Positions 30,514 through 38,918 of a DNA stretch of 64,000 bases are shown piece after piece. Origin of the DNA: Terriglobia bacterium. Its GTDB lineage: Bacteria > Acidobacteriota > Polarisedimenticolia > Polarisedimenticolales > JAIQFR01. Every line of letters begins with the position of its first letter. The stretch's first letter is position 1. The stretch spans positions 2,112,001 through 2,176,000 of the forward strand of contig CAVVHE010000004.1 of assembly GCA_963748015.1 (NCBI GenBank), read 5' to 3'. Both the position numbers and the translations under genes were made by a program. The notes beneath the pieces were generated by a model. That model was given only the letters and a program-made list of their open reading frames with translations. It had not been told where the DNA came from and searched no databases.

Positions 30514-32837
30514 CGTGCCGGCCGCCTGAGGACCACGCGCGCGAGGGGGGTGCTTCCCACCGAGACCTTCGCTCGCCCGGTCATCCCCGTCGCGAGCGGG
30601 GGCGACTCCGGGCCGATCCGAACCCGCGAGAGGACGACCCGGTCGTTGTCGACCGGCGTCGCCGCGACCCCCACGCGATCGATCGTTCCGCGGAACGACG
30701 AGGTCGGGAAGGCATTGAGCTTGATCTTGACCGCCATGCCGGCCCGCACGAGTCCCGCGTCCTGCTCGGGTACCGCGACCTCCACCGACTGGCTGGCGGG
30801 ATCCACGACCTCGCAGAAGATCTCCCCTCGCGAGAGCCTCGAGCCCACCTTCTCATCGACCCGGGGCGTGGCGACGACCCCGGACGTCGCCGCACGGATG
30901 ACCGTTCGGGCGACGCGGGTTTCCCACAACGCCATTTCCGCCCGCAGTCCTTGGAGCCGCGCGGCCTCCACCGCGGCGCCGCCGACCTCCCCTGCCGCCC
31001 GCTTGAGGCTCTGTTCGCGCATGGCGGACTCGTAGCGGGACCTTGCCGCTTCGAGACCGCCGCGATAGTCGGTATCGTCCATCTCGGCGACGACCTGGCC
31101 TGCCTCGACGCGGTCTCCCTCGCGAACGAGCACCCTCGTGACCCGCCCGTCCACCTCGGCCGTGGAGGATAGCCGGCGGATCGGCAGCACCCTGACGTCT
31201 CCCCCGACCCGAAGCGGCGCCGGGATGAGCATCGCCGCGACGAAGAGCAGCGCGCCCCCCGCGTAGGCGACTTTCCGCGCCCACGGCGCCCGCGCGATCC
31301 TCTCCCCCCGCTGGGCCAGCGGCTTCATGACGTGCAGCATCGGAATCTGCTTGTAAAGCGTCGCGTTCCGGATGGCGACGGTCGCCTGCACGCCGAGCAG
31401 GGTCGCCGCCTCGATGTCGCGCTCGCTGAAGGCGTAGGGCTCGGCGGCCTCCAGGGCGAAGACTCCCAGCCGCCCCTCGTCGTCGCTCATCGGGATCGCC
31501 AGGAAGCTCCGGACCGCGGTCGCCTGGAAATAGGCTCGGAATTTCTCGCGGGTCTCCGCGCGCTCCGTGTCGATGGATCCGTCGTCGCCTTGCACGACGT
31601 AGAACCCCTCGTTGAGCTCGGCGGCCCAGGCGAGAACCTCGATCAGGGCCCGGTTCTTCGGCAGCGTCGGGTCGACCAAGGTCTGGCCGCTCACGGCGGC
31701 CAGCTCGAGGCGGGATCCCTTGAGGAGTCCCACGGCGGCGGTTTGGTAGCCGATCACGGCGGCCGCCTTGTGAACGAGCGTGAAGGTGACCTTCTGCGGA
31801 TCCAGGCTCGCGCCGAGCTCCCTCGTCGTCTCGAGTAGCGAGTGCAGGTCGCTCGCGCGCCGCTCCGCCATCAGGTTCCGCGCGTTGGCGATCGCGACAC
31901 CCGCAACCTCGGCGATCTCGGCCAGCATCGGCAGTTGATTCGCATCGAGCAGGTCGCCGTCGAGTTGGTTCACCGCCTCGACGACCCCGAAGAGCTCCCC
32001 ATCGGCGGAGGCGACCGGCGCCGCCGCCACGGAGGAGACCTCGAGCCCGGCCTGGACGTCGGCCCGCTCGTCGAGGCCCGGGAGTTCCTCCGGGTCGTCG
32101 AAGAGCAGGGCTTGACCCGCCGCGGCCGTTTGACCCGCCGCTCCCTCTCCCACCTCGAGCGTCCATTCGGAGACCGCGTCGGCGGAAGGGCCGGCGGCGG
32201 CGGCGATCGACAGGTGCTTCCCGTCGGCGGAAGCGAGCCAGAAATAGGCGCCTTCGGCCCCGAGGGCGTTTTGCGTCCTGTCGGCGACCAGGACGAGCAG
32301 GTCGTCCATCTCCATCCGGGCGCCCAGGGAACGGCTGATGTCGTAGAGCCGGGTCAGCCGCACGATCGTGTCCAGGTGGTCCCGCTCCTTCGCCGTCGAG
32401 GCGCGCGCCGAGCCGATCGCGCCGCCGGCCGCAAGGAGGAGCGGCTCGAGCTGGGCGGCGTCGCCCACGGTGTACGGTCCCGCGTCTCGCGCGCTCTCGA
32501 GGAGCTCGACGGCGCCGACGGGCCGGGATCCAGCGAGGATCGGGATGACGAGGCGGGAGCGGAACGGAGCCCGCGCCGACGTCGCCCGCGGCCCTCCGGC
32601 GGCCACCGCCTTCGCGACCTCGGCCGGGGCGCGGTCCTTGGCTGTCCCCGGGTCCGGCCAGGCCCCCGAGAGTCGCCATCCTTCGCTGTGATCGAACATC
32701 CAGACGCGAGCGGCGGATGCCGTAGAAAGAGTGCCCGCCGTCCGGACGACGACCGCCGCGACCTCCCGCTCTTCTCGGGCGGCGCACAAGTCCGATGCCA
32801 CGCGCCATGCCGAGGCTTCGTCCCAACCGTTCGCCAT
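30477..32837 (-). CDS. Multi-GAF domain + HlyD/MFP fusion protein
   Basis: Three GAF-like units (LVIPILAGSRPVGAVELL; VAAAPVASADGELFGVVEAVN; FLAIPMSDDEGRLGVFALE), one TM, then EVDGRVTRVLVREGDRVEAGQ and LATGMTGRAKV. Confidence 0.88.
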   Translation of the reverse strand: MANGWDEASAWRVASDLCAAREEREVAAVVVRTAGTLSTASAARVWMFDHSEGWRLSGAWPDPGTAKDRAPAEVAKAVAAGGPRATSARAPFRSRLVIPILAGSRPVGAVELLESARDAGPYTVGDAAQLEPLLLAAGGAIGSARASTAKERDHLDTIVRLTRLYDISRSLGARMEMDDLLVLVADRTQNALGAEGAYFWLASADGKHLSIAAAAGPSADAVSEWTLEVGEGAAGQTAAAGQALLFDDPEELPGLDERADVQAGLEVSSVAAAPVASADGELFGVVEAVNQLDGDLLDANQLPMLAEIAEVAGVAIANARNLMAERRASDLHSLLETTRELGASLDPQKVTFTLVHKAAAVIGYQTAAVGLLKGSRLELAAVSGQTLVDPTLPKNRALIEVLAWAAELNEGFYVVQGDDGSIDTERAETREKFRAYFQATAVRSFLAIPMSDDEGRLGVFALEAAEPYAFSERDIEAATLLGVQATVAIRNATLYKQIPMLHVMKPLAQRGERIARAPWARKVAYAGGALLFVAAMLIPAPLRVGGDVRVLPIRRLSSTAEVDGRVTRVLVREGDRVEAGQVVAEMDDTDYRGGLEAARSRYESAMREQSLKRAAGEVGGAAVEAARLQGLRAEMALWETRVARTVIRAATSGVVATPRVDEKVGSRLSRGEIFCEVVDPASQSVEVAVPEQDAGLVRAGMAVKIKLNAFPTSSFRGTIDRVGVAATPVDNDRVVLSRVRIGPESPPLATGMTGRAKVSVGSTPLARVVLRRPARWIWTWLWGWLP

Positions 32838-32897
32838 GGATTCGCCCCCCGCCGACCTCCGCCGATTGTAACCGCTATGGGGAGATCCTGGGGGAAA

Positions 32898-33518
32898 TCA
32901 CCAGGGGCGCCGCGCGCTGCGCGGCGCGGGCACCTTGGCTTCCGCCAGGTTGTGGAGCACGCCCGAGCCGAGAAAGGTGTCCACGTACCCCAGGAGCCGG
33001 TGGACGTCCTTGTCGGTCATCCACGGATTCGAGAGGTGCCGCACGACGTCCTCGTCGGTCATGCCGAGGCGGCGACCCTCCTCGATCGCGACGGCGTACC
33101 CCTCGATCTCGGTCGGCCGCTCGACGTATTCGAATCGCTCGTCCCAGACGTCGAGGCCCTCCTCGAGCTGGCGGAGGTGGGTCAGCTCGTGGAGCAGATC
33201 GAGATAGAGGTCCCGCTCGTCCCCCTCGCGGAAGTACCACTCGGAAACCACGATGCACGGGATCTCGACGTCCACGAAGGCATAGCCGCGGCCGCCGCGA
33301 ATCTGCACGCACGCTCTCTCGAGGAGCCGGGCCTGGGCCGCCGGGTCCCCGGTGATCCGCCGGAGGGCCGGGCTCCTGGCGACCTTCGGAAGAACCGCGA
33401 GAAACGGGTGATTGCCCGGCGGAAGGGACCGGTTCAAGCGAGCGTACGCCGGGAGACTCCCCGGCGCGGGTTTGCTCGCGGCGCCCTTGCGGGGCTTCGC
33501 CTCTCGCGGACGTGGCAT
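32898..33518 (-). CDS. Hypothetical protein with HExxH zincin motif
   Basis: LLHELTHLRQ...PTEIEGYA; co-oriented 60 bp upstream of the GAF-HlyD gene. Confidence 0.7.
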   Translation of the reverse strand: MPRPREAKPRKGAASKPAPGSLPAYARLNRSLPPGNHPFLAVLPKVARSPALRRITGDPAAQARLLERACVQIRGGRGYAFVDVEIPCIVVSEWYFREGDERDLYLDLLHELTHLRQLEEGLDVWDERFEYVERPTEIEGYAVAIEEGRRLGMTDEDVVRHLSNPWMTDKDVHRLLGYVDTFLGSGVLHNLAEAKVPAPRSARRPW

Positions 33519-33638
33519 CGTGCCGCACCCTCCCTATCGAATTCTACACGGGCGGCCGATCCGCGGCCCCTGATGACCCGGGCGATCCGCGCTAGACTGT
33601 CTTTCGTCGCGTGGCGGACGCGCGGGGAGTGGCATCCG

Positions 33639-34058
33639 ATGCCGGACATCGCCTACGAGATCGTCACCGGCGTCCCGGAGGACGCGCTCGTCGAGTTGTA
33701 CAAGGCCGGCGGCTGGTGGCGCGAGGACCCGGCCTGGCGCGCCTCCCTCCCCGAGATGGTGCGCGGCAGCTTCTGCTTCCTCGTCGCCCGCGACGAGTCG
33801 GGAAACGTCGTGGGGATGGGTCGCGTCCTCTCCGACGGGGTGAGCGACGCGTACATCCAGGACGTCGTGGTGCTCGAAACGCACCGCGGCCGGGGGATCG
33901 GGCGGGAGATCATCCACCGGCTCACCGACCGGTGCGTCGCGGCGAGGATCGGCTGGATCGGGCTGATCGCGGAGCCCGGGACGCAAGCGTTCTACGAGCG
34001 CCTCGGCTACCGCGCGCTTCCGGGGCACCTGCCGATGCTGCACGGGAAGCCCGCCTGA
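33639..34058 (+). CDS. GNAT family N-acetyltransferase
   Basis: VVGMGRVLSDGVSDAYIQDVVV, HRGRGIG and FYERLGY. Confidence 0.9.
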   Translation: MPDIAYEIVTGVPEDALVELYKAGGWWREDPAWRASLPEMVRGSFCFLVARDESGNVVGMGRVLSDGVSDAYIQDVVVLETHRGRGIGREIIHRLTDRCVAARIGWIGLIAEPGTQAFYERLGYRALPGHLPMLHGKPA

Positions 34059-34975
34059 TGGACCACGAGTTCCTGGGGTTCCGCTTCTCCCCCGTCGCGA
34101 TGGAGCAGCGAGGGCGCGTGGACGAGCTGCTCGCGCGGCACCCGCAACCCCTGTCCGATTACGGCTTCGCCTCGCTCTTTGCGTGGGCGCCCGTCTACTG
34201 CTACCGCCTCGCGGTCGTCGAGCCGGACACGCTCCTCGTCTCGGCGGCGTTCGGGCCGGACTGCCGGCGGCCGGGGCTCCTGCAGCCGGTCGGGGACTTC
34301 CCGGAGGAGCTGCAGAACACGATTCTGCGGCACGCTCGCGATCTTGCCGAGCCGCTCAGGATCGAGTCCGTCGGCGCCGAGTTCCTCGAGAGGCACGCGG
34401 CGTTCGCCTCGCACTTCGACGCCGTCGAGGTGCGGGACAGCGCGAACTACGTCTATGCGGTCGGGGATCTCGCGGAGCTGGCCGGGAGACGTTACGCGAA
34501 GAAGCGGAATCTCATCACCCAGGCCTCCCGCCTCTACACGTGGACGGTCGAGAGCCTCGGCCCCCAGCACGTGGCCGAGTGCCTCGAGGTCGGCGACGAC
34601 ATCGCGAAGAAGCGCACCACCGAGTCCGAGGTCACGCTGGCCGGCGAGACCGCGGCGCTCGGGCGCGCGCTGGACCATTTCGGGCCGCTCGGACTGTCCG
34701 GCCTCCTCCTGCGCGTGGACGGGCAGCCGTCCGCCTTCTCGATCTTCGATCGCCTGGGGCCGTCGACCGCGGTGGTGTACTTCGAGCGCGCCCTGCGCAG
34801 CAGGAAGGGGCTGTACCAGGTCGTCAACCAGGAGACCGCGAGGGTGATCGCGGCGCTGGGCTTCGAGCTGATCAACCGCGAGGAGGACCTCGGGGACCCG
34901 GGGCTGCGCCAGGGGAAGCTCTCTTATTTCCCTGCGCGCCTGGAGATGAAGTACACCCTCACGCTCAGGCCGTGA
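34058..34975 (+). CDS. DUF2156 domain protein (MprF synthase-like/tRNA-dependent aminoacyltransferase fold)
   Basis: SDYGFASLFAW, ANYVY...LAELAGRRYAKKRNLI, FERA, GLYQVVN and INREEDLGDPGLRQGKLSYFP; TGATG coupling to the GNAT gene. Confidence 0.85.
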   Translation: MDHEFLGFRFSPVAMEQRGRVDELLARHPQPLSDYGFASLFAWAPVYCYRLAVVEPDTLLVSAAFGPDCRRPGLLQPVGDFPEELQNTILRHARDLAEPLRIESVGAEFLERHAAFASHFDAVEVRDSANYVYAVGDLAELAGRRYAKKRNLITQASRLYTWTVESLGPQHVAECLEVGDDIAKKRTTESEVTLAGETAALGRALDHFGPLGLSGLLLRVDGQPSAFSIFDRLGPSTAVVYFERALRSRKGLYQVVNQETARVIAALGFELINREEDLGDPGLRQGKLSYFPARLEMKYTLTLRP

Positions 34976-35038
34976 CGGGCATAGTCGATTGAAGCGCCGC
35001 GCCGGGCGGCGTGCCGCACCGCGGCGCGGAGCCGGCTC

Positions 35039-36283
35039 ATGCGGATGCTAGCCGAGCGACGCCGCGAATGGGTGCCCGAGCTGATCGTGCTGCTCGGTCT
35101 CGCCGCCGCGGCGACGGTTCTCTTCGGTGTGACACGTCTCGACGTGACCGCCGCCCGCCCGTTCTTCCGCCCCGGAGTCGTGGATCGCTGGCCGCTCGCT
35201 GATGAGCCGCCGTGGTCGGTCCTCTACCGGGCGGCGCCGTGGATCACCGCGTCGATCGTGCTCGCGGGGCTGCTCGCGCTCGCCGCGGGATTCCTTCGGC
35301 GACGGGAGTCGCTGCGGCGGGAAGGGGCCTTTCTCCTGTTGACCGTCGTGCTCGGCCCCGGCCTGCTCGTCAACACGGTCCTCAAGGACCACTGGAACCG
35401 CCCTCGCCCGCGGGACATCGTCGAGTTCCAGGGGGCGCTGAGCTACGCGCCCCCGCTGCTCCCGGGGGGCGATGGGGGGACGTCGTTCCCTTGCGGCCAC
35501 TGCTCCGTGGCGTTCCTCTACGCGGCCGGCTGGTGGATCTGGAAGCGCCGCCGCCCCGTCTGGGCCCGGGCCTCGCTCGCGCTCGGCATCGTCGCGGGGT
35601 TCGCTCTGGGGCTCGGCCGGATGTCGGCCGGCGGCCATTTTTTGTCGGACGTGGTCTGGTCCGGCCTGCTCGCGCTCGGGATGGCGCACGTCCTCTATTA
35701 CCACGTGCTCCGCGTTCCCCTCCACGAGGCCGCTCCGCGGGATCTCTCCGCGGCGATGGCACGATGGACGCTTCTTCGCCGCGCCGCGCCCCTGCTTGCC
35801 GCGCTCGGGGGGATAGGAGTCCTGATCGCCCTCTTCGTGACGCCGCACGGCGATATCCTCGCGGCTCGCATCCCGCTCGCGTCGTTTCCCCGGGCGCCGC
35901 GATCGTTCGAGCTGGTCGCGAAGATCGCCAACGTCGAGATCGTGCTGCTCGACACCCCGGGGCCCGACATCTCGATCGAGGGCGAGCTGCACGGCTTCGG
36001 TCTTCCGATGAGCGAGCTGGGCACCCGTGTCGAGTTCGTGGATGCGGAGCCTCCGGCGATACGCTACCGGATCGTCCAGAGCGGCTGGTTCACCGATCTC
36101 GACGGTTCGGCGACCGTTCGCCTCCCCGCGGGGGCGTTCGAGCGAGTGACCGCCCGCATCGAACGCGGCAACATCCGCGTGACGGACGACACGCGCGGCG
36201 GCGACGTGGCGGCCGGCCGGGTGAAGCTCGACCTCTCGACGAGGTCGGGCCGCGTCATCGGCCCGGCGGCGCCTCCACGATAG
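35039..36283 (+). CDS. PAP2 superfamily membrane phosphatase with C-terminal beta-rich extension
   Basis: LKDHWNRPRP, SFPCGH and RMSAGGHFLSDV motifs; multiple TMs. Confidence 0.88.
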   Translation: MRMLAERRREWVPELIVLLGLAAAATVLFGVTRLDVTAARPFFRPGVVDRWPLADEPPWSVLYRAAPWITASIVLAGLLALAAGFLRRRESLRREGAFLLLTVVLGPGLLVNTVLKDHWNRPRPRDIVEFQGALSYAPPLLPGGDGGTSFPCGHCSVAFLYAAGWWIWKRRRPVWARASLALGIVAGFALGLGRMSAGGHFLSDVVWSGLLALGMAHVLYYHVLRVPLHEAAPRDLSAAMARWTLLRRAAPLLAALGGIGVLIALFVTPHGDILAARIPLASFPRAPRSFELVAKIANVEIVLLDTPGPDISIEGELHGFGLPMSELGTRVEFVDAEPPAIRYRIVQSGWFTDLDGSATVRLPAGAFERVTARIERGNIRVTDDTRGGDVAAGRVKLDLSTRSGRVIGPAAPPR

Positions 36284-36331
36284 CGGAAGCGTCCCAGGGC
36301 GAGCCTCGATGACGGCCGCGGCCGGCGCGCT

Positions 36332-38875
36332 CTACTTCGCGGCGGTCGCCCAATACAGCGCGTTGAACAGGAACGGGAAGGTCGCGGGCGTCTGCGCGCG
36401 GTACTGCGGGCGGAAGCCGAAGAGCACGACCTTTCCGCTGCCGTACGTCGTCGCCACCGCCGCGGCCTTCCGCGCGATCAGCTCCTCTCCGCGTATCCAG
36501 CCCGATAGGAGCACGTCGGGGGCGTCCGTGGGGTAGGTCGCCAGGACCCAGCGGTCCATCTCGGCCCCGGGCACCGCGGTGTCGAAGGCCATCGCGTCGT
36601 CCACGAAGAGCGGCATCTCGGAGGGGAGCCCGTAGGTCACCGGGTGCCCCGTCGAAACGCGGCCGCGGAGGAGCGAGCCGGGGCAGGAGAAATCCGCCCC
36701 CGCCTTCGAAAGAGCGTTTCGCACCGGTAGCTCGAGCTCCTCGATCAGGTACTCGGAAGCGCTCGCGAGCGCCACGAGCGTGCCCCCTCCCTGCGCGAAC
36801 TCCTTGAGCGCCTTCGACCCTTCCTTGTCGAGCCCTCCCGCGTACTCCGGCGGCGGCTCGGGAAAGTAGCGCATCGCTCCCTCGTCTCGCTTGGGCTTCC
36901 CGGTGGCGATCGTCTCCTTGGACATGTCGGGCAGTACGATGACGTCGAAGGCGGCGCCCAAGCCGCCCGCGCGGATCGTCTTGTTGTCCAGGCTCTTCGG
37001 CTCGAAGCCGTACTGCTCGAGGATGAAGCGCGTCCATCCCTCGTCCATGTTCGCGTTCCAGGGCTTGTAGAGGCCGACGCGGGGTGCCTTGAGCGTCTCG
37101 GCCGACGGCGGGATCGCCCCGACGGAGGTCCAGCTCTGGCCCGGGATCGCCCTCGTCGACGCGGAGCGGGCGGCCGCCTGGTCGATGAAGACCGTGCCCG
37201 CCGGCCACTCGCGACCGCCCGCGGTGACGGGCGCCCTCGCGATCTTGACCGCCCCCCCGGCTCGCAGCGCCGCGTTGACGAGCGTCGCCGTTTCGGGGCT
37301 GCCGGGCGGGAGCGCGAACGCGCCGCCGTCCGCCGGCACGCGAGCGGGGGCCGGCTTCCACGGAACCAGTCCCTCGGGGAGCGGTGCCCGCACGGCCTCG
37401 ACCCCCATCATGAGCGGCAGCGTCCACGCCGCGACGTCGTAGGGGCGCACGATCTCCTTGCCGGGCACGAGCTTGACCTCGGGGTAGCGCTGCACGGAGA
37501 ACATCTCGTTCACGAAGCGGCCGTAGGGCTGCGCGAGCGGGATGTAGACGTCGCCGTTGGCCGCGGCCCGCACCTCGACGCCGTGCTCGACCATGAGCGA
37601 CGCGAGCCGCGCGGCCTCGGCGGGATCGCGCTGGTCCGCGGGGATCCGGTACGCGTCCTTCGCGGAGAAGCTCCCGATGGACGCGTGCGCGCGGGCGAGG
37701 GCGTCCTTGACGAAGTCCTCGCGGCGCTCCGAGCAGGTCTCGAGAATGGCGTCCGAGGCGATGCGCTCGTAGTCCATGATGTCACGGAGCCGCCACCAGC
37801 CTCCGGGCCACGGGTTGGGGAAGTTCGTCTGCGGGCCGTACTCCACGAGCCCCTTTCCCCGCCCCGAGAGCTCGTTCGTCTCGATCCGGACGGGGGTGCC
37901 CATCCGGGTCGAAGCGACCTCGGTCAGGAGCCCGGCGATGTTCTTCCACCAGGCGGTGTTCTTGGTTCCTCCCGGCCAGTACGCGTCGAACATGTACCCG
38001 TAGATCACGCCCGACTTCCCGGCCTGCTCGAGCCGCAGGGCCATGTTCGCGCCGATCAGGTTCACGTCGCGCCAGACGAGGGGGTGGATCGCCGGGCTCA
38101 CCGGCTCCGAGTACGGCGGCACGAAAATCCGCGGGCCGGTCGAGCCCATCTGGTGCTCGTCGAGCCAGACCTGCGGGAACCACTCTCGGTAGACCGCGGC
38201 GGACACGGCCCTCGACTCCTTCTGGGTCAACATGAACCAGTCGCGGTTGTTGTCGTGGCCGGTGTAGTGGTGGTAGAGCCAGGGCAAGCGGCTCCCCTCG
38301 TACTTCGTGCCGAGGTTCTTCCGGTACCACTCCGTCTCCATGATCTGGCCGTCGGGATTGATGGACGGGAGAAGGAGCAGCACGACGTCGTCGAGCCACT
38401 TCTTCGTCCGCGCGTCTTCCGCGGTGACGAGGGCGTGGGCCCACTCCATCGCCATCTGCGAGGCGCCGATCTCGCTCGCGTGGATGTTGCAGGTGATCAG
38501 GAGGATCACCTTGCCGTCGCGGACGAGCGCCGCCTCCTCGGCGGCGGAGAGCCCGCGGGGGTCGGCGAGCTTTCTCGCGATCTCCTTCAGCCGATTCTTG
38601 TCGGCGAGGTTCTTCTCGGAGGAGATGACGGCGGCGAACAGGTCCTCGCCGAGCGTCGACTTTCCGAGCACCTCGACCTCGAGCCGCGGCGACGCCGCGT
38701 CGAGCGCATTGAAGTACGCGGCGATCTGCCGGTAGTCGGCGATCGTGCGGTCCGCGCCCACGGTGAAGCCGAGGAACTCCGATGGCGACGGGACCGCCTT
38801 GGCCGCGGCGGCGGGGGCCGCCATCACGGCCAGGAGCGGCAGAGTGAGAAGAACGCGGCGCAGTCTTCGATTCAT
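36332..38875 (-). CDS. Secreted M14 zinc carboxypeptidase family protein
   Basis: Signal peptide; IHASE, NPDG, HDNNRDW and DEHQM; C-terminal glutamine-amidotransferase-like domain (MDEGWTR, GFRPQYRAQ). Confidence 0.9.
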   Translation of the reverse strand: MNRRLRRVLLTLPLLAVMAAPAAAAKAVPSPSEFLGFTVGADRTIADYRQIAAYFNALDAASPRLEVEVLGKSTLGEDLFAAVISSEKNLADKNRLKEIARKLADPRGLSAAEEAALVRDGKVILLITCNIHASEIGASQMAMEWAHALVTAEDARTKKWLDDVVLLLLPSINPDGQIMETEWYRKNLGTKYEGSRLPWLYHHYTGHDNNRDWFMLTQKESRAVSAAVYREWFPQVWLDEHQMGSTGPRIFVPPYSEPVSPAIHPLVWRDVNLIGANMALRLEQAGKSGVIYGYMFDAYWPGGTKNTAWWKNIAGLLTEVASTRMGTPVRIETNELSGRGKGLVEYGPQTNFPNPWPGGWWRLRDIMDYERIASDAILETCSERREDFVKDALARAHASIGSFSAKDAYRIPADQRDPAEAARLASLMVEHGVEVRAAANGDVYIPLAQPYGRFVNEMFSVQRYPEVKLVPGKEIVRPYDVAAWTLPLMMGVEAVRAPLPEGLVPWKPAPARVPADGGAFALPPGSPETATLVNAALRAGGAVKIARAPVTAGGREWPAGTVFIDQAAARSASTRAIPGQSWTSVGAIPPSAETLKAPRVGLYKPWNANMDEGWTRFILEQYGFEPKSLDNKTIRAGGLGAAFDVIVLPDMSKETIATGKPKRDEGAMRYFPEPPPEYAGGLDKEGSKALKEFAQGGGTLVALASASEYLIEELELPVRNALSKAGADFSCPGSLLRGRVSTGHPVTYGLPSEMPLFVDDAMAFDTAVPGAEMDRWVLATYPTDAPDVLLSGWIRGEELIARKAAAVATTYGSGKVVLFGFRPQYRAQTPATFPFLFNALYWATAAK

Positions 38876-38918
38876 GATCGGGCCTCCGGGGGGCGCTCGG
38901 ACGAACGGGACGCCAGGG

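Noticed and set aside
27770..31035. Alternative-frame repeat ORFs (27770..28558 +, 28012..31035 +, 27927..28334 -, 27797..30364 -)
   Set aside because: In these frames the repeat variation is non-synonymous or the ORF overlaps well-supported genes. Only 27897..28286 has an RBS, promoter and terminator.
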